Positions 38,415 to 46,846 of a DNA stretch of 64,000 nt are shown here, one piece after another. A program made the position numbers and the translations under genes. Numbering within the stretch: the stretch's first letter is position 1; every line of letters begins with the position of its first letter. Under the pieces are notes generated by a model that searched no databases, was not told the origin of the DNA, and saw only the letters and a list, made by a program, of their open reading frames with translations. Source of the DNA: Candidatus Latescibacterota bacterium (GTDB lineage Bacteria > Latescibacterota > UBA2968); NCBI GenBank assembly GCA_965232265.1, contig CBDDPH010000002.1, positions 434,257 to 498,256 of the forward strand. Reading direction: 5' to 3'.

Positions 38415-39908
38415 TCAGGACGTCAATTTGTCGAATAGGTTTTTTACCTCTTTTTCTTTTTCCGGGGTGCGCGTTCCAATCCATCCTTCGCCGAAGTACA
38501 GACACAGGCCAACGAGAATTTCGCCGCCGGTATAAATGGCGAAGTTGTCCGTTATTTGTACGAGGATGGCATAGGTCAGCAACCCGCCTGCGAGAGCCAA
38601 TATCGCGCCCCGCGCTGTGGGTTTTCGAAAGAGCATGCCGAACATCAACGGTATTGCTATGGGGGATAGAAGTGCCCCAAATATCTGGACGGTTGCGGTG
38701 AATACTTTTTCTGCGCCTTTGCTTTCGGCGATGATAACGCCTGTGATAATGATGGCGATGCCAAAGATCAATGTGACGATTTTGCCGACGCGGAAGAGTG
38801 CTTGCTGTGTCCATGCGCGCTTGATGTTGCGCTGATAAATATCTTTTGTGAATACGGCTGCGAGCGCGTTGAGGTCGCTGTCGATCATGGACATGGTGGC
38901 GGCGAACATGGAACAGATCAAGAGGCCGATTAATCCGGGCATGAGTCCTGAGAGTACGCGCTGGGCCATTAATACATAAGTTTGCTGGAGGTCAAAGCCG
39001 GGCAGGGGCGCGAGCGTTACGGGGTCGAAGTATTCGGTGAGTATTAACGGCGCGGCCCAGGCGGGCAGGAAGATGACGATGGGGTATAGCAGGTAGAGGA
39101 ATCCCGAGAGGAGTGCGGCTTTTTGGGTGTCTCGCGGGTCGGATACGGAGATGAATCGCTGCGCCAATCCCCAGGTGGCACCGTTGTAACTGAAGATGAC
39201 GACGATGAGATAGACAAACCAGAAGTCTATCCCAATGCCCGCTGCTGCGTTGAAGAATGCGCCGCGTTCAGCGGGTAACTGTTCCCACAGGGGGTTCCAT
39301 CCGCCGATGTTGTCGAGTACGAGATAGAGGACGATTAAGCTGATGACGAGCTGGACGACAAATTGGATCAGGTCGGTTAATACCGCGGCCCACAGTCCGC
39401 CTATGAGTACATATACCACGGTGATTATACCTGCGACCAGTACGACGGGTAATACGGCCCAGCCCGTGACTGTTTGTACGATTATGGAAATCGCGTAGAG
39501 TTTGATGCCGAGGTCTATGAATTTGACGCCGATGCCGGAGACCGCGACCAGGAAACGCACGGAGTTGCCGTATCGCGCTTCGAGATATTCCACGGGTGTG
39601 AGCACTTTGAGGCGAGACCAGCGCGGCGCCCAGACGACGCAGCCGATCATCAGGGCGATAAAACACGATAGGGAGAATAGCGTCCACATGCTGAATCCGG
39701 CGGTCGCTGCCCGTCCCGCAAAGCCCACGAAGACGACTGCGCTGTATCCAGAGACGTGGTGGGATATGGCGGCCATCCACCAGGGTAGGTTGTGTCCGGC
39801 GGCGAAATACGCATCTATGTCCTGCGATTTTCGTTTGGCAACGCCGCCCACCCAGGCCATGAGCAGGGCGTAGAGGAGGATGACGATGAAGTCTGTGGGT
39901 GATAGCAT
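38415..39908 (-). CDS. Sodium:solute symporter family (SSF) transporter
   Basis: 13-14 TM; N-terminal YFAAGHNLPWW and overall SSF architecture. Confidence 0.8.
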   Translation of the reverse strand: MLSPTDFIVILLYALLMAWVGGVAKRKSQDIDAYFAAGHNLPWWMAAISHHVSGYSAVVFVGFAGRAATAGFSMWTLFSLSCFIALMIGCVVWAPRWSRLKVLTPVEYLEARYGNSVRFLVAVSGIGVKFIDLGIKLYAISIIVQTVTGWAVLPVVLVAGIITVVYVLIGGLWAAVLTDLIQFVVQLVISLIVLYLVLDNIGGWNPLWEQLPAERGAFFNAAAGIGIDFWFVYLIVVIFSYNGATWGLAQRFISVSDPRDTQKAALLSGFLYLLYPIVIFLPAWAAPLILTEYFDPVTLAPLPGFDLQQTYVLMAQRVLSGLMPGLIGLLICSMFAATMSMIDSDLNALAAVFTKDIYQRNIKRAWTQQALFRVGKIVTLIFGIAIIITGVIIAESKGAEKVFTATVQIFGALLSPIAIPLMFGMLFRKPTARGAILALAGGLLTYAILVQITDNFAIYTGGEILVGLCLYFGEGWIGTRTPEKEKEVKNLFDKLTS

Positions 39909-39911
39909 GAT

Positions 39912-40685
39912 TTACCCCGGCAGTCCCGCGATGAGTTCTTCCGATGTCAAAGAGTAGTGTCCGAACATTTCCAGGAAGAGTACGGCGCCTCGGGTTTGGC
40001 CGAGGCTTTCGTGTGTTTCAAAGGATTCCATTCCCGTGGTGCAGTCCCGCAGGAGGATGATTTCATATCCGCGGCGGCCCATTGCGAGGGTTCCGTAGTC
40101 TCTCATCAAGATGCAGGCGTTGGTGTTGAAGCCGAGATAGAAGAGGAAGAGTATGCCCTGTTTTTTGCACCAGCGGTGGAGTTCTTCGCCTGTGGAGATG
40201 ACGGCTTCCTGCCCTTCGACCTGTACGAGAGGATGCATTGCGAGTCTGGCGCGGGTTTCGGTGAGTTCTTCTTCGCGCGGTTCTATGGGCCGCGCATAGT
40301 GTTCATAGATTCCCGTTTTGCTGCGAAATTCAGCCGGGGGCCAGTTGTTTTTGGCGTTGGTGGATACTTCTCCCTTTTCGATCAGGTTCACCCAGGATGG
40401 ATGCGATTCAGCCAGGCGAGGTGCCGGGGCGTGAACGATGGGCATTTCCACTTTTCGACAGGCGTGTAGGAGGGGGACGATGTTGTTGTGTACGATTTCC
40501 TCGGATCGAGCTTTCGTGTCTTTCAGGTAGTGATGCGACCACACATCGACCAGCACAAGTGCGGTTTGCGCGAGTGGGATTTTCCAGTTGAGGTGGGCAT
40601 AGCTCGTGTTCTTTTCGATCCAGACGACGCCTTTGTCAACGTGCCAGCGATAGTAGCGAGGGGCGATGGTTATTTTGTTTTTCAT
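39912..40685 (-). CDS. Isochorismatase-family cysteine hydrolase (start probably MKNKITIA at 40685)
   Basis: TALVLVDVWSHHY and LFLFYLGFNTNACI blocks match isochorismatase-like hydrolases. Confidence 0.6.
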   Translation of the reverse strand: MKNKITIAPRYYRWHVDKGVVWIEKNTSYAHLNWKIPLAQTALVLVDVWSHHYLKDTKARSEEIVHNNIVPLLHACRKVEMPIVHAPAPRLAESHPSWVNLIEKGEVSTNAKNNWPPAEFRSKTGIYEHYARPIEPREEELTETRARLAMHPLVQVEGQEAVISTGEELHRWCKKQGILFLFYLGFNTNACILMRDYGTLAMGRRGYEIILLRDCTTGMESFETHESLGQTRGAVLFLEMFGHYSLTSEELIAGLPG

Positions 40686-40695
40686 ACGTCCTCCT

Positions 40696-43095
40696 TTAAG
40701 CAATGCGTCTAATTTCTCCACGACCAATGGTATGCGCGCCGTCTTCTCCTGCGATTTTTACTTCTGCATGTTCGGAACTGGAGACGTAAAGTGCGCCGTC
40801 GGCGATGGCGTCTATCCGCACGTCGCCTTCTATGTTCAGTATTTGGGCAGCGCGGAGCAGACAGGCAGATTCCCCGCCGATGGGGATATGATATAGTATG
40901 CGGTTTCCCTGTGTTTCGAGGATGGCACCGGGAAAGACAGGGAGTTGTTCGGTTCTGTTTGCGGTAAAAGTACATATCTGATGCGCGGTGCCAAAGTTTG
41001 CGGCAGCGAGATATCCTTCGGCTATAAGGCCAACGCTGTTTTCCAATGCGGTCAGTATCTCGAAGGGGGTATCGGGTGTGTCGGCGGCGGTTTGTTCGGG
41101 AATTAACAGGGCTGTTAAGCGGCCCGCTTCTTCGCCCGCACGAAGGGGTTTTTCGCCCGATAGTCGAGATAGTGTGAGGTCGTCGGCTATGGCGCGGTAG
41201 GGGTTGAAATAGTGCCGGTTGTGATAGATTGTGTCGCCAGTTCCGGTAAAGTGTATGCCCAGGCGGTTGTCTATGTTGAGATAGGGGAGATGCCCCAGGT
41301 TGTCGATTATGTCATCGGATTCTGATTCGCCGTGCCAGCCCGCGTACCGGGTTTTGCCGTCGGGGCGATATAGCACGCGCTCGCCGCGGCAGTTGGGCGC
41401 CAGGTGTGAGAAGTGTTCGTTGGTGATGCGCAAGAATCCCTGGTTCAGTTCTTCCAGTACGAGGTCTTCCCGGGCAGTGAATTTTTCAAATGATAGGACG
41501 CGGCCGTCTGGCAGGCTGGCAAAGAGTACGTGCTGACGCAGGGATTCCTGGCAGCGGTCTATGACGAGGGCGGCGGCAAATCTGTCGTCGTATTCGGCAA
41601 CGCGTATGGTTTTGAGGCGGTGGCTGTCGGGGCGGTTTTGTACGACGGGTGTGCCGAGCCATGTGTCTGAACAGGGGGCGACGGTGTAGATGCCTTCCCG
41701 CGTGAGGGGCAGGGCCATGATCGAGTTGCGCCAGGCAAATGAATTTTGTCCGTGCGGGTGTCTGTGGTGTACAAATCCCGCGTGGGGAAAGTGACGCACG
41801 CCCGAGAGACGAGATTCCATTTCTGCGGTGGGGGAAGGCGATGGACCTGGTCCAAAGAGGCGATGGAGGAGATACAGACCGGCGGCACCCGAGATCGAGA
41901 CTTCACGCATGATCATGGGGTCTTGCTGGTCGTGTGCTTTCTGGGCGAGGTCGGGGTCGTACATCCGGCCCCCATTTCCGAGCTGGCGGCGTTCGGCGTG
42001 TTCCAGGCCCAGACGTTCCATGGCCGCGGCGTCCGGGTCGTCGAAATATACGGCGGCAATGGCGTGTGCGGCTATGGTTGCGAATATATTTAGATAATGC
42101 CAGTCCATGCCCTGAACAGCCTGGGCATAGCCGCCCCCATCGGTTAAGGCTTTGAGGTTTTCGTACACGCGCCGTTTGTTCCAGAAGAGTTCTGGGGGTA
42201 GTTCGCGTCCCCAGAGCTGGTACAGGCAGCCCACACTCATGAGGGGAGAGAGGCCCGAGGCCGTGTAGCTGGGGTGGACCATGCCGTGGTTTTCCGCGAG
42301 GTAGTCGGGCAGGACTGTGAATATTTTTGCGGTTAGTGTACGTGCGGTTTCGCTACCTACGAGGCCGAGGTCTTTGGCGTCTTGTGGCGCGGCGCATGTG
42401 GAGAACATCCATCTGCGGGCGGTTGCTTCCCAGGCTGCGGCGTCCGCGTGTTCGGATAAGAAGAGGAAGCACGAGGTGAGTCCGTGAGAGGTCCAGGCGT
42501 TTTCTTCCATTTGGGTGTCTGTATAGACGCCGCTTTTGGGTGCCATGTCTCCGAATCGCGCGGCGTAGTCTGCGTGTACGCGGGCGACCATCATATAGGT
42601 TTCTCGATCGATCCATTCTCGCAATAGCAGACATACACGCGCGAGGCCAGCGACGGTGCTGCCGCACTGGCTTTCGCGGAAGAAGCCTTTGCCCCGTTCG
42701 CCCCATTTGGTGCCGCAGTTTTCCGAGCGGCCCAGTCCCTCTGAGGGACGCACACAGTCTTTGGGTCCGGAGTCGTGGGTGTAACACAGGTATCGCACGC
42801 CTTTGATCGCCATTTCCCGCAGGGTGTCACGGGATACGCCCGTGGATGTCTCGTCGTATTCTGGAGACGTACTGGCGTAGGCAAAGGTTTCAGCACAACT
42901 GATGGTTTCGATTCCATACCAGTGACATCCGCCAAAGAAATGCCCGCAGTTGGGGCGGTCGGGCCAGTCGGCAAAGTACGCGATGCCCGTTGGTATCCAC
43001 TGTTCGATCATCCGCAGATAACGGCGACTCATTTCGTTTTCCGTGTTGGGAAGGTGTGGATGCTGCAGGTCTGTGATGTCGGTCATGCGTACCAT
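40696..43095 (-). CDS. Heparinase II/III-like (alpha/alpha-toroid) polysaccharide-modifying enzyme, no signal peptide
   Basis: Size and composition similar to the neighbouring 1003-aa heparinase II/III-like protein; call is tentative. Confidence 0.4.
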   Translation of the reverse strand: MVRMTDITDLQHPHLPNTENEMSRRYLRMIEQWIPTGIAYFADWPDRPNCGHFFGGCHWYGIETISCAETFAYASTSPEYDETSTGVSRDTLREMAIKGVRYLCYTHDSGPKDCVRPSEGLGRSENCGTKWGERGKGFFRESQCGSTVAGLARVCLLLREWIDRETYMMVARVHADYAARFGDMAPKSGVYTDTQMEENAWTSHGLTSCFLFLSEHADAAAWEATARRWMFSTCAAPQDAKDLGLVGSETARTLTAKIFTVLPDYLAENHGMVHPSYTASGLSPLMSVGCLYQLWGRELPPELFWNKRRVYENLKALTDGGGYAQAVQGMDWHYLNIFATIAAHAIAAVYFDDPDAAAMERLGLEHAERRQLGNGGRMYDPDLAQKAHDQQDPMIMREVSISGAAGLYLLHRLFGPGPSPSPTAEMESRLSGVRHFPHAGFVHHRHPHGQNSFAWRNSIMALPLTREGIYTVAPCSDTWLGTPVVQNRPDSHRLKTIRVAEYDDRFAAALVIDRCQESLRQHVLFASLPDGRVLSFEKFTAREDLVLEELNQGFLRITNEHFSHLAPNCRGERVLYRPDGKTRYAGWHGESESDDIIDNLGHLPYLNIDNRLGIHFTGTGDTIYHNRHYFNPYRAIADDLTLSRLSGEKPLRAGEEAGRLTALLIPEQTAADTPDTPFEILTALENSVGLIAEGYLAAANFGTAHQICTFTANRTEQLPVFPGAILETQGNRILYHIPIGGESACLLRAAQILNIEGDVRIDAIADGALYVSSSEHAEVKIAGEDGAHTIGRGEIRRIA

Positions 43096-43136
43096 TTTGT
43101 TCTCCTTTCAAGGAAGCGATCAGCAGTCAGCGATTA

Positions 43137-43224
43137 GCTGTAGGGGACGGTCCCTGTGCCGTCCCGCCAGTCATCGCGGCATGATGTTGAGCCGCGATCC
43201 AGAAGGGTTTTTTAATTACTGACG
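43137..43224 (+). repeat. REP-like mosaic element copy C (CTGTAGGGGACGG-TCCCTGTG-CCGTCCC-GCCAGTCATCGCGGC-ATGATGTTGA-GCCGCGATCCAGAAGGG-TTTTTTAATTACTGACG)
   Basis: Most complete copy; lies between the two heparinase-like genes. Confidence 0.5.
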
Positions 43225-43230
43225 TTGTGC

Positions 43231-46200
43231 CTATGTGCTGGTCGCTGTATTCCATTCATAATCAACAGTTGCGCGCACGGTTTCGATCTCGCCATTGGCA
43301 ATGCGAAGGTGTACGGCGTTTTGTATTTCGCACGGGTCGCCTGTGGAAATATCATAAACAAAGCCTTTTGCGTAATCCTCGCGGGATACAAGGCCGCGGA
43401 TGAAGGAGGTGTCACCCACTTCTACGCGGACTTTATTTTTTTCTGAAGATACGATGTCGGAGATGGTGTAACAGGCGTCCCGAATGCCGTCGTTTAAGAC
43501 CCGGATCTGTGTGCCGATGAGGCGTTTGTCCGGGGGCAGGTCGCCTTCTATTTCAATCCAGGCAGGGCCGGTTTCTTCGCGGTGAAAGTCCGTTACGGTG
43601 CCGCGGTGAATTGGGGCGTTGATCCGCAGGGTTCCAGAGGTGGTGTTTACCCGGGTCCCGCCCAACAGAAAGATGGATGTTTGTCCGTTGCCCCGGGATA
43701 TGATTGCAAATCGCCCCGCGGCTGTGATACCTTCTCCCAGGTCAAATACGCGGTTCGGGTCGTCAGATGACAGGATGTGATCTGTCCGACCTGTATGGGT
43801 TGTTATTTTTACAGCCACTGCTGTTAAGTCGCGTTCGTCCAGTCCGAGATCAATACGGGTGGCGTCTGCTATATGAGGCTGGTTCTCGCGGTAAGGTTCT
43901 ATGACGGAGGCGAAGAGGCTTTGCTCTGAGCCGGTGTTGTGCAAGAGTACATAGCGGATGCGCCGGGGGTTGCCGGGTTTGTTTTGCGGGGGATCGCCCC
44001 ATGCCAGAGCCGCGTTTTCTGCGTTGGATAATACGCGGTAGCGCAGGTGCAGGGGGGTGTCACCGTGCTGGGTTTTCCAGGTATCTGCGAGTTTCCAGTC
44101 TGCCCACCATCCAGCCGCGGGTTTCTCTGCGCGGTGAACGCCGTAGAGGTAGGCAAAGCCACTGCCAAGGTAGCGTCCATCAGGTGGTCCGTCGTAGTGC
44201 GTGCCAAAGGGGATGGTTTCGCCCGCATAAGTTCCTTTTTTCTGTGGGGTGAGGTCGATGCCCTGCGTGGTCACGTCGCCATCTCCGGCGTGGAAGCTCA
44301 TGATGTGGTCGTTTCCGCCATCCACGCGGAAGAAGTCGATGAGGTAAGATTCGGTGGGCGATACGTCGATCATTGCGAGGGTGCGCCGATAGTCGCGTGT
44401 GTTGGAATAGATTTCGGGGGATGCGATTTCGACGACGCCTATGCCCCGCGAGGTGGCAAAATATTGGCAGTGCCCGATCCAGTTCACTTCTTGCTGCTGC
44501 TGATTTACCATGACGGTGTTGTGCGAGATGGTGTTTGTGGTCCAGCCCGCTCGCTTGGGCCATTTGCTGTCGGCGTATTCGGGGTATCCCAGGTCGGGCA
44601 ATACGTCCATTCCGCGGTAGTACATTCCAAAGTTCAACCGATCTTTGTGACCGTGTCCACCGTTGCGCCCGTAATACAGCCAGGCCGCCCGCTGGTCGGT
44701 TCCTTCTCCGTGTCGGAATACGGTGAGTCCATAGCCGTTCAGGTTTTCGCTTTTGAGTTCTAATTCGCCGTGTTGCTTTGCGATGTCGAGGACGGTTTTC
44801 TGGATTGCTTCGGGGTCGGCGTCGAAGATGGAGGTGTGCAGGCCGTCGGTGCTGTTTCCGTTGAGTTTGTACGCGAGGCGCGCGAGGTCGGGGTCGCCGA
44901 GCCGGACATAAGCGCTGATGATTGTTTGGAGTTCTACGCTTACCATGCCTTCGCCTCCGGTGTTGCCAGTGTCGCCGATGTGGAGGGTGTAGCGGTCCAG
45001 TGTGGTGAGGCGATAGGGTGCGCTGTACATGCGCTTGAGGCGGGGATAGTCGCGGTATAGATCAAAGTCCCGGTATTTGCGACACCGGTCCAGTACCCAG
45101 GCACAGCGGGCAAATGCGTTCATCCAGCCAAAACAATAGCCGGGCGCTGCTTCGTTGCCAATGCCGTCTCGATCTACTTCTCCGATCAGGGTCGCGGGGA
45201 TGTGTCCCCCACCAGTGCCTCGGGATTCTCCGGGTTCAAAGAGCCAGTCGAGTGCTTCGGGCGTTTCTCGTGGGTTGTCCAGTACTGCCGCCGCAGTGGC
45301 CATGGCAGTTTGGGTCATGCCTTCGTTGCCGCGGATGCGCCGGTCTCGACAGGAGCGTATAAATTCTCGGAGGAGTCCGCGTTCGATGTTTTCGCGGATG
45401 TGGGCGATGCTCGATTTGGGCTGTTTGATCTGCCATTTTTCCGCTTGTGCGGATAGGAATCGGACGAGTTCATTGTCGTCTTCTATGCCTTCGGAGATCA
45501 TGTCGCAGGATAGGGATAGGGTTTCTGCCATGCCGTTTTCCCATATACAGCCTTTGATGCGGCCCATGCCCGTGCCGCCGTGGGAGTTGTAGAGGCCCAG
45601 ATCCGAGTAGGGGGTTAAGTCCATGTCGGGATAGACGTCTGCGATGCGGTCGAGGATGACGGCGCCTTTGTGGGCATAAGTGGTGTCGCCCGTATAGAGA
45701 TACGCTTTGCCCAGGGCGAGTGCCGCTGCTGGCAAGTCGGTCCATGTGCAATAATGGCTGTAGTAGGCGATGAACCACCAGCGATTTCCCGATTCGTCGA
45801 TCCAGCCCATGCCGTCATCTACTGCATAGTGTGGGGCATTGGCGTTTTCGGCGTTGTATAGCAGGGTTTCATCGGCGAGGCTGCGTTCGAAGATTCCACC
45901 GGATCCCAGGCCGCTTTTGTAAAATGCCTCAAAGTCGTTTTTGGGCCAGATTTCTCCGCACGACGGACATTCGAGTTTATAGGGGCGTTCCAGCGATACT
46001 TTCCATGGGTAGTTGCCGAATGCATAGACGTCTCGACCGCATTCGGGACAGCCGAGGTCGGGGTTGACGTGGATGCCGCGGGGAATGGATTGTCCGGTGA
46101 TCATATCCCAGATTTCTCCATCACTTCGCGCGACCCAAGGCGCGCATGTTTCGATTGCGGCATCTCGCTCGGCTTTTGCCCATGCATAGCGTTGGATGTT

Positions 46201-46242
46201 TCGCCGGGCATTGCTTATTTCTTTAGGTGTGTACAGTCCCAT
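43231..46242 (-). CDS. Heparinase II/III-family protein with N-terminal CxxC...CxxC zinc-ribbon insert, no signal peptide
   Basis: CPECG...CPSCG near N-terminus; WLYYGRNGGHGHKDRLNFGMYYRGMDVLPDLGYPEY resembles the Hepar_II_III C-terminal domain. Confidence 0.55.
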   Translation of the reverse strand: MGLYTPKEISNARRNIQRYAWAKAERDAAIETCAPWVARSDGEIWDMITGQSIPRGIHVNPDLGCPECGRDVYAFGNYPWKVSLERPYKLECPSCGEIWPKNDFEAFYKSGLGSGGIFERSLADETLLYNAENANAPHYAVDDGMGWIDESGNRWWFIAYYSHYCTWTDLPAAALALGKAYLYTGDTTYAHKGAVILDRIADVYPDMDLTPYSDLGLYNSHGGTGMGRIKGCIWENGMAETLSLSCDMISEGIEDDNELVRFLSAQAEKWQIKQPKSSIAHIRENIERGLLREFIRSCRDRRIRGNEGMTQTAMATAAAVLDNPRETPEALDWLFEPGESRGTGGGHIPATLIGEVDRDGIGNEAAPGYCFGWMNAFARCAWVLDRCRKYRDFDLYRDYPRLKRMYSAPYRLTTLDRYTLHIGDTGNTGGEGMVSVELQTIISAYVRLGDPDLARLAYKLNGNSTDGLHTSIFDADPEAIQKTVLDIAKQHGELELKSENLNGYGLTVFRHGEGTDQRAAWLYYGRNGGHGHKDRLNFGMYYRGMDVLPDLGYPEYADSKWPKRAGWTTNTISHNTVMVNQQQQEVNWIGHCQYFATSRGIGVVEIASPEIYSNTRDYRRTLAMIDVSPTESYLIDFFRVDGGNDHIMSFHAGDGDVTTQGIDLTPQKKGTYAGETIPFGTHYDGPPDGRYLGSGFAYLYGVHRAEKPAAGWWADWKLADTWKTQHGDTPLHLRYRVLSNAENAALAWGDPPQNKPGNPRRIRYVLLHNTGSEQSLFASVIEPYRENQPHIADATRIDLGLDERDLTAVAVKITTHTGRTDHILSSDDPNRVFDLGEGITAAGRFAIISRGNGQTSIFLLGGTRVNTTSGTLRINAPIHRGTVTDFHREETGPAWIEIEGDLPPDKRLIGTQIRVLNDGIRDACYTISDIVSSEKNKVRVEVGDTSFIRGLVSREDYAKGFVYDISTGDPCEIQNAVHLRIANGEIETVRATVDYEWNTATST

Positions 46243-46253
46243 CGCGATGCTCC

Positions 46254-46595
46254 TTATGAGGTTTCAAAGGCTTGTGCGAAGATCAAGAAGTCGCCAAATC
46301 CCACTTTTCCGTCCAGGTCCAGGTCAAAGGGGGCGAATACGGTCGCGTATTCACCTACTGTTTTTCCGTAGGCGTTGGCGAATAGGAGAAAGTCTTCAAA
46401 TTCTATTTTTCCATTGCTGTCAAAGTCTGCGCTGCGGGAGGTGCTGGCTTTGGGATAGGCGGCGACTACGCCGTCGATTGCGTTCCCATAGTTTGCGACA
46501 AATGCCCGGTCCATTTCGGGGTAATACATCAGGGGCCAAAATTCCATTTGTGAGCCATATAGAGATGTCTGAATTATATCAACAGCACCTTCCAA
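46254..46595 (-). CDS. Small ORF carrying two dockerin-type (EF-hand-like) calcium-binding repeats
   Basis: DFDSNGKIEFEDFLLFANAYG and DLDLDGKVGFGDFLIFAQAF match the dockerin repeat pattern D.D.(N/D)G.I...DF..F; no signal peptide. Confidence 0.45.
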   Translation of the reverse strand: MEGAVDIIQTSLYGSQMEFWPLMYYPEMDRAFVANYGNAIDGVVAAYPKASTSRSADFDSNGKIEFEDFLLFANAYGKTVGEYATVFAPFDLDLDGKVGFGDFLIFAQAFETS

Positions 46596-46602
46596 ACTGG
46601 AC

Positions 46603-46720
46603 GCCTGCTTAAAGCATGCAGAGCCTGCCCCTGCACGTCTTAAGCAGGGGCGTGACGACAGGAAGAGCCGCCGTCATCGCGGCGTGGTTTTAGCCGCGAT
46701 CCAGAAGGTTTGTTTGTCAT
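46603..46720 (+). repeat. REP-like mosaic element copy D (inverted GCTTAAAGCATGC fragment, GCCCCTGC/GCAGGGGC hairpin, GTCATCGCGGC-GTGGTTTTA-GCCGCGATCCAGAAGG-TTTGTTTGTCATCGC)
   Basis: Conserved 3' module plus different GC-rich 5' hairpin; in divergent promoter region. Confidence 0.45.
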
Positions 46721-46846
46721 CGCAGCTAAATTTTTATGGCTTATCGCCGCTATATGTGACTATATTAACGTCGCAAAATTACATGACATATTTCCGAAAA
46801 CAAGAAAAATTGGGCTTGCCTCAAAAGTCCATTCCACAAAAACACC

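Noticed and set aside
44047-44763. 238-aa plus-strand ORF inside the heparinase-like gene
   Set aside because: Antisense shadow with no support.
46254-46595. Dockerin ORF as the frameshifted N-terminus of the 1003-aa heparinase-like protein
   Set aside because: The two ORFs are separated by a stop and 11 nt, and the heparinase-like ORF begins with a plausible Met and N-terminal region. The dockerin repeats are C-terminal in their ORF, so a simple frameshift fusion would put a dockerin at an enzyme N-terminus, which is atypical. Kept as separate CDS with low confidence.
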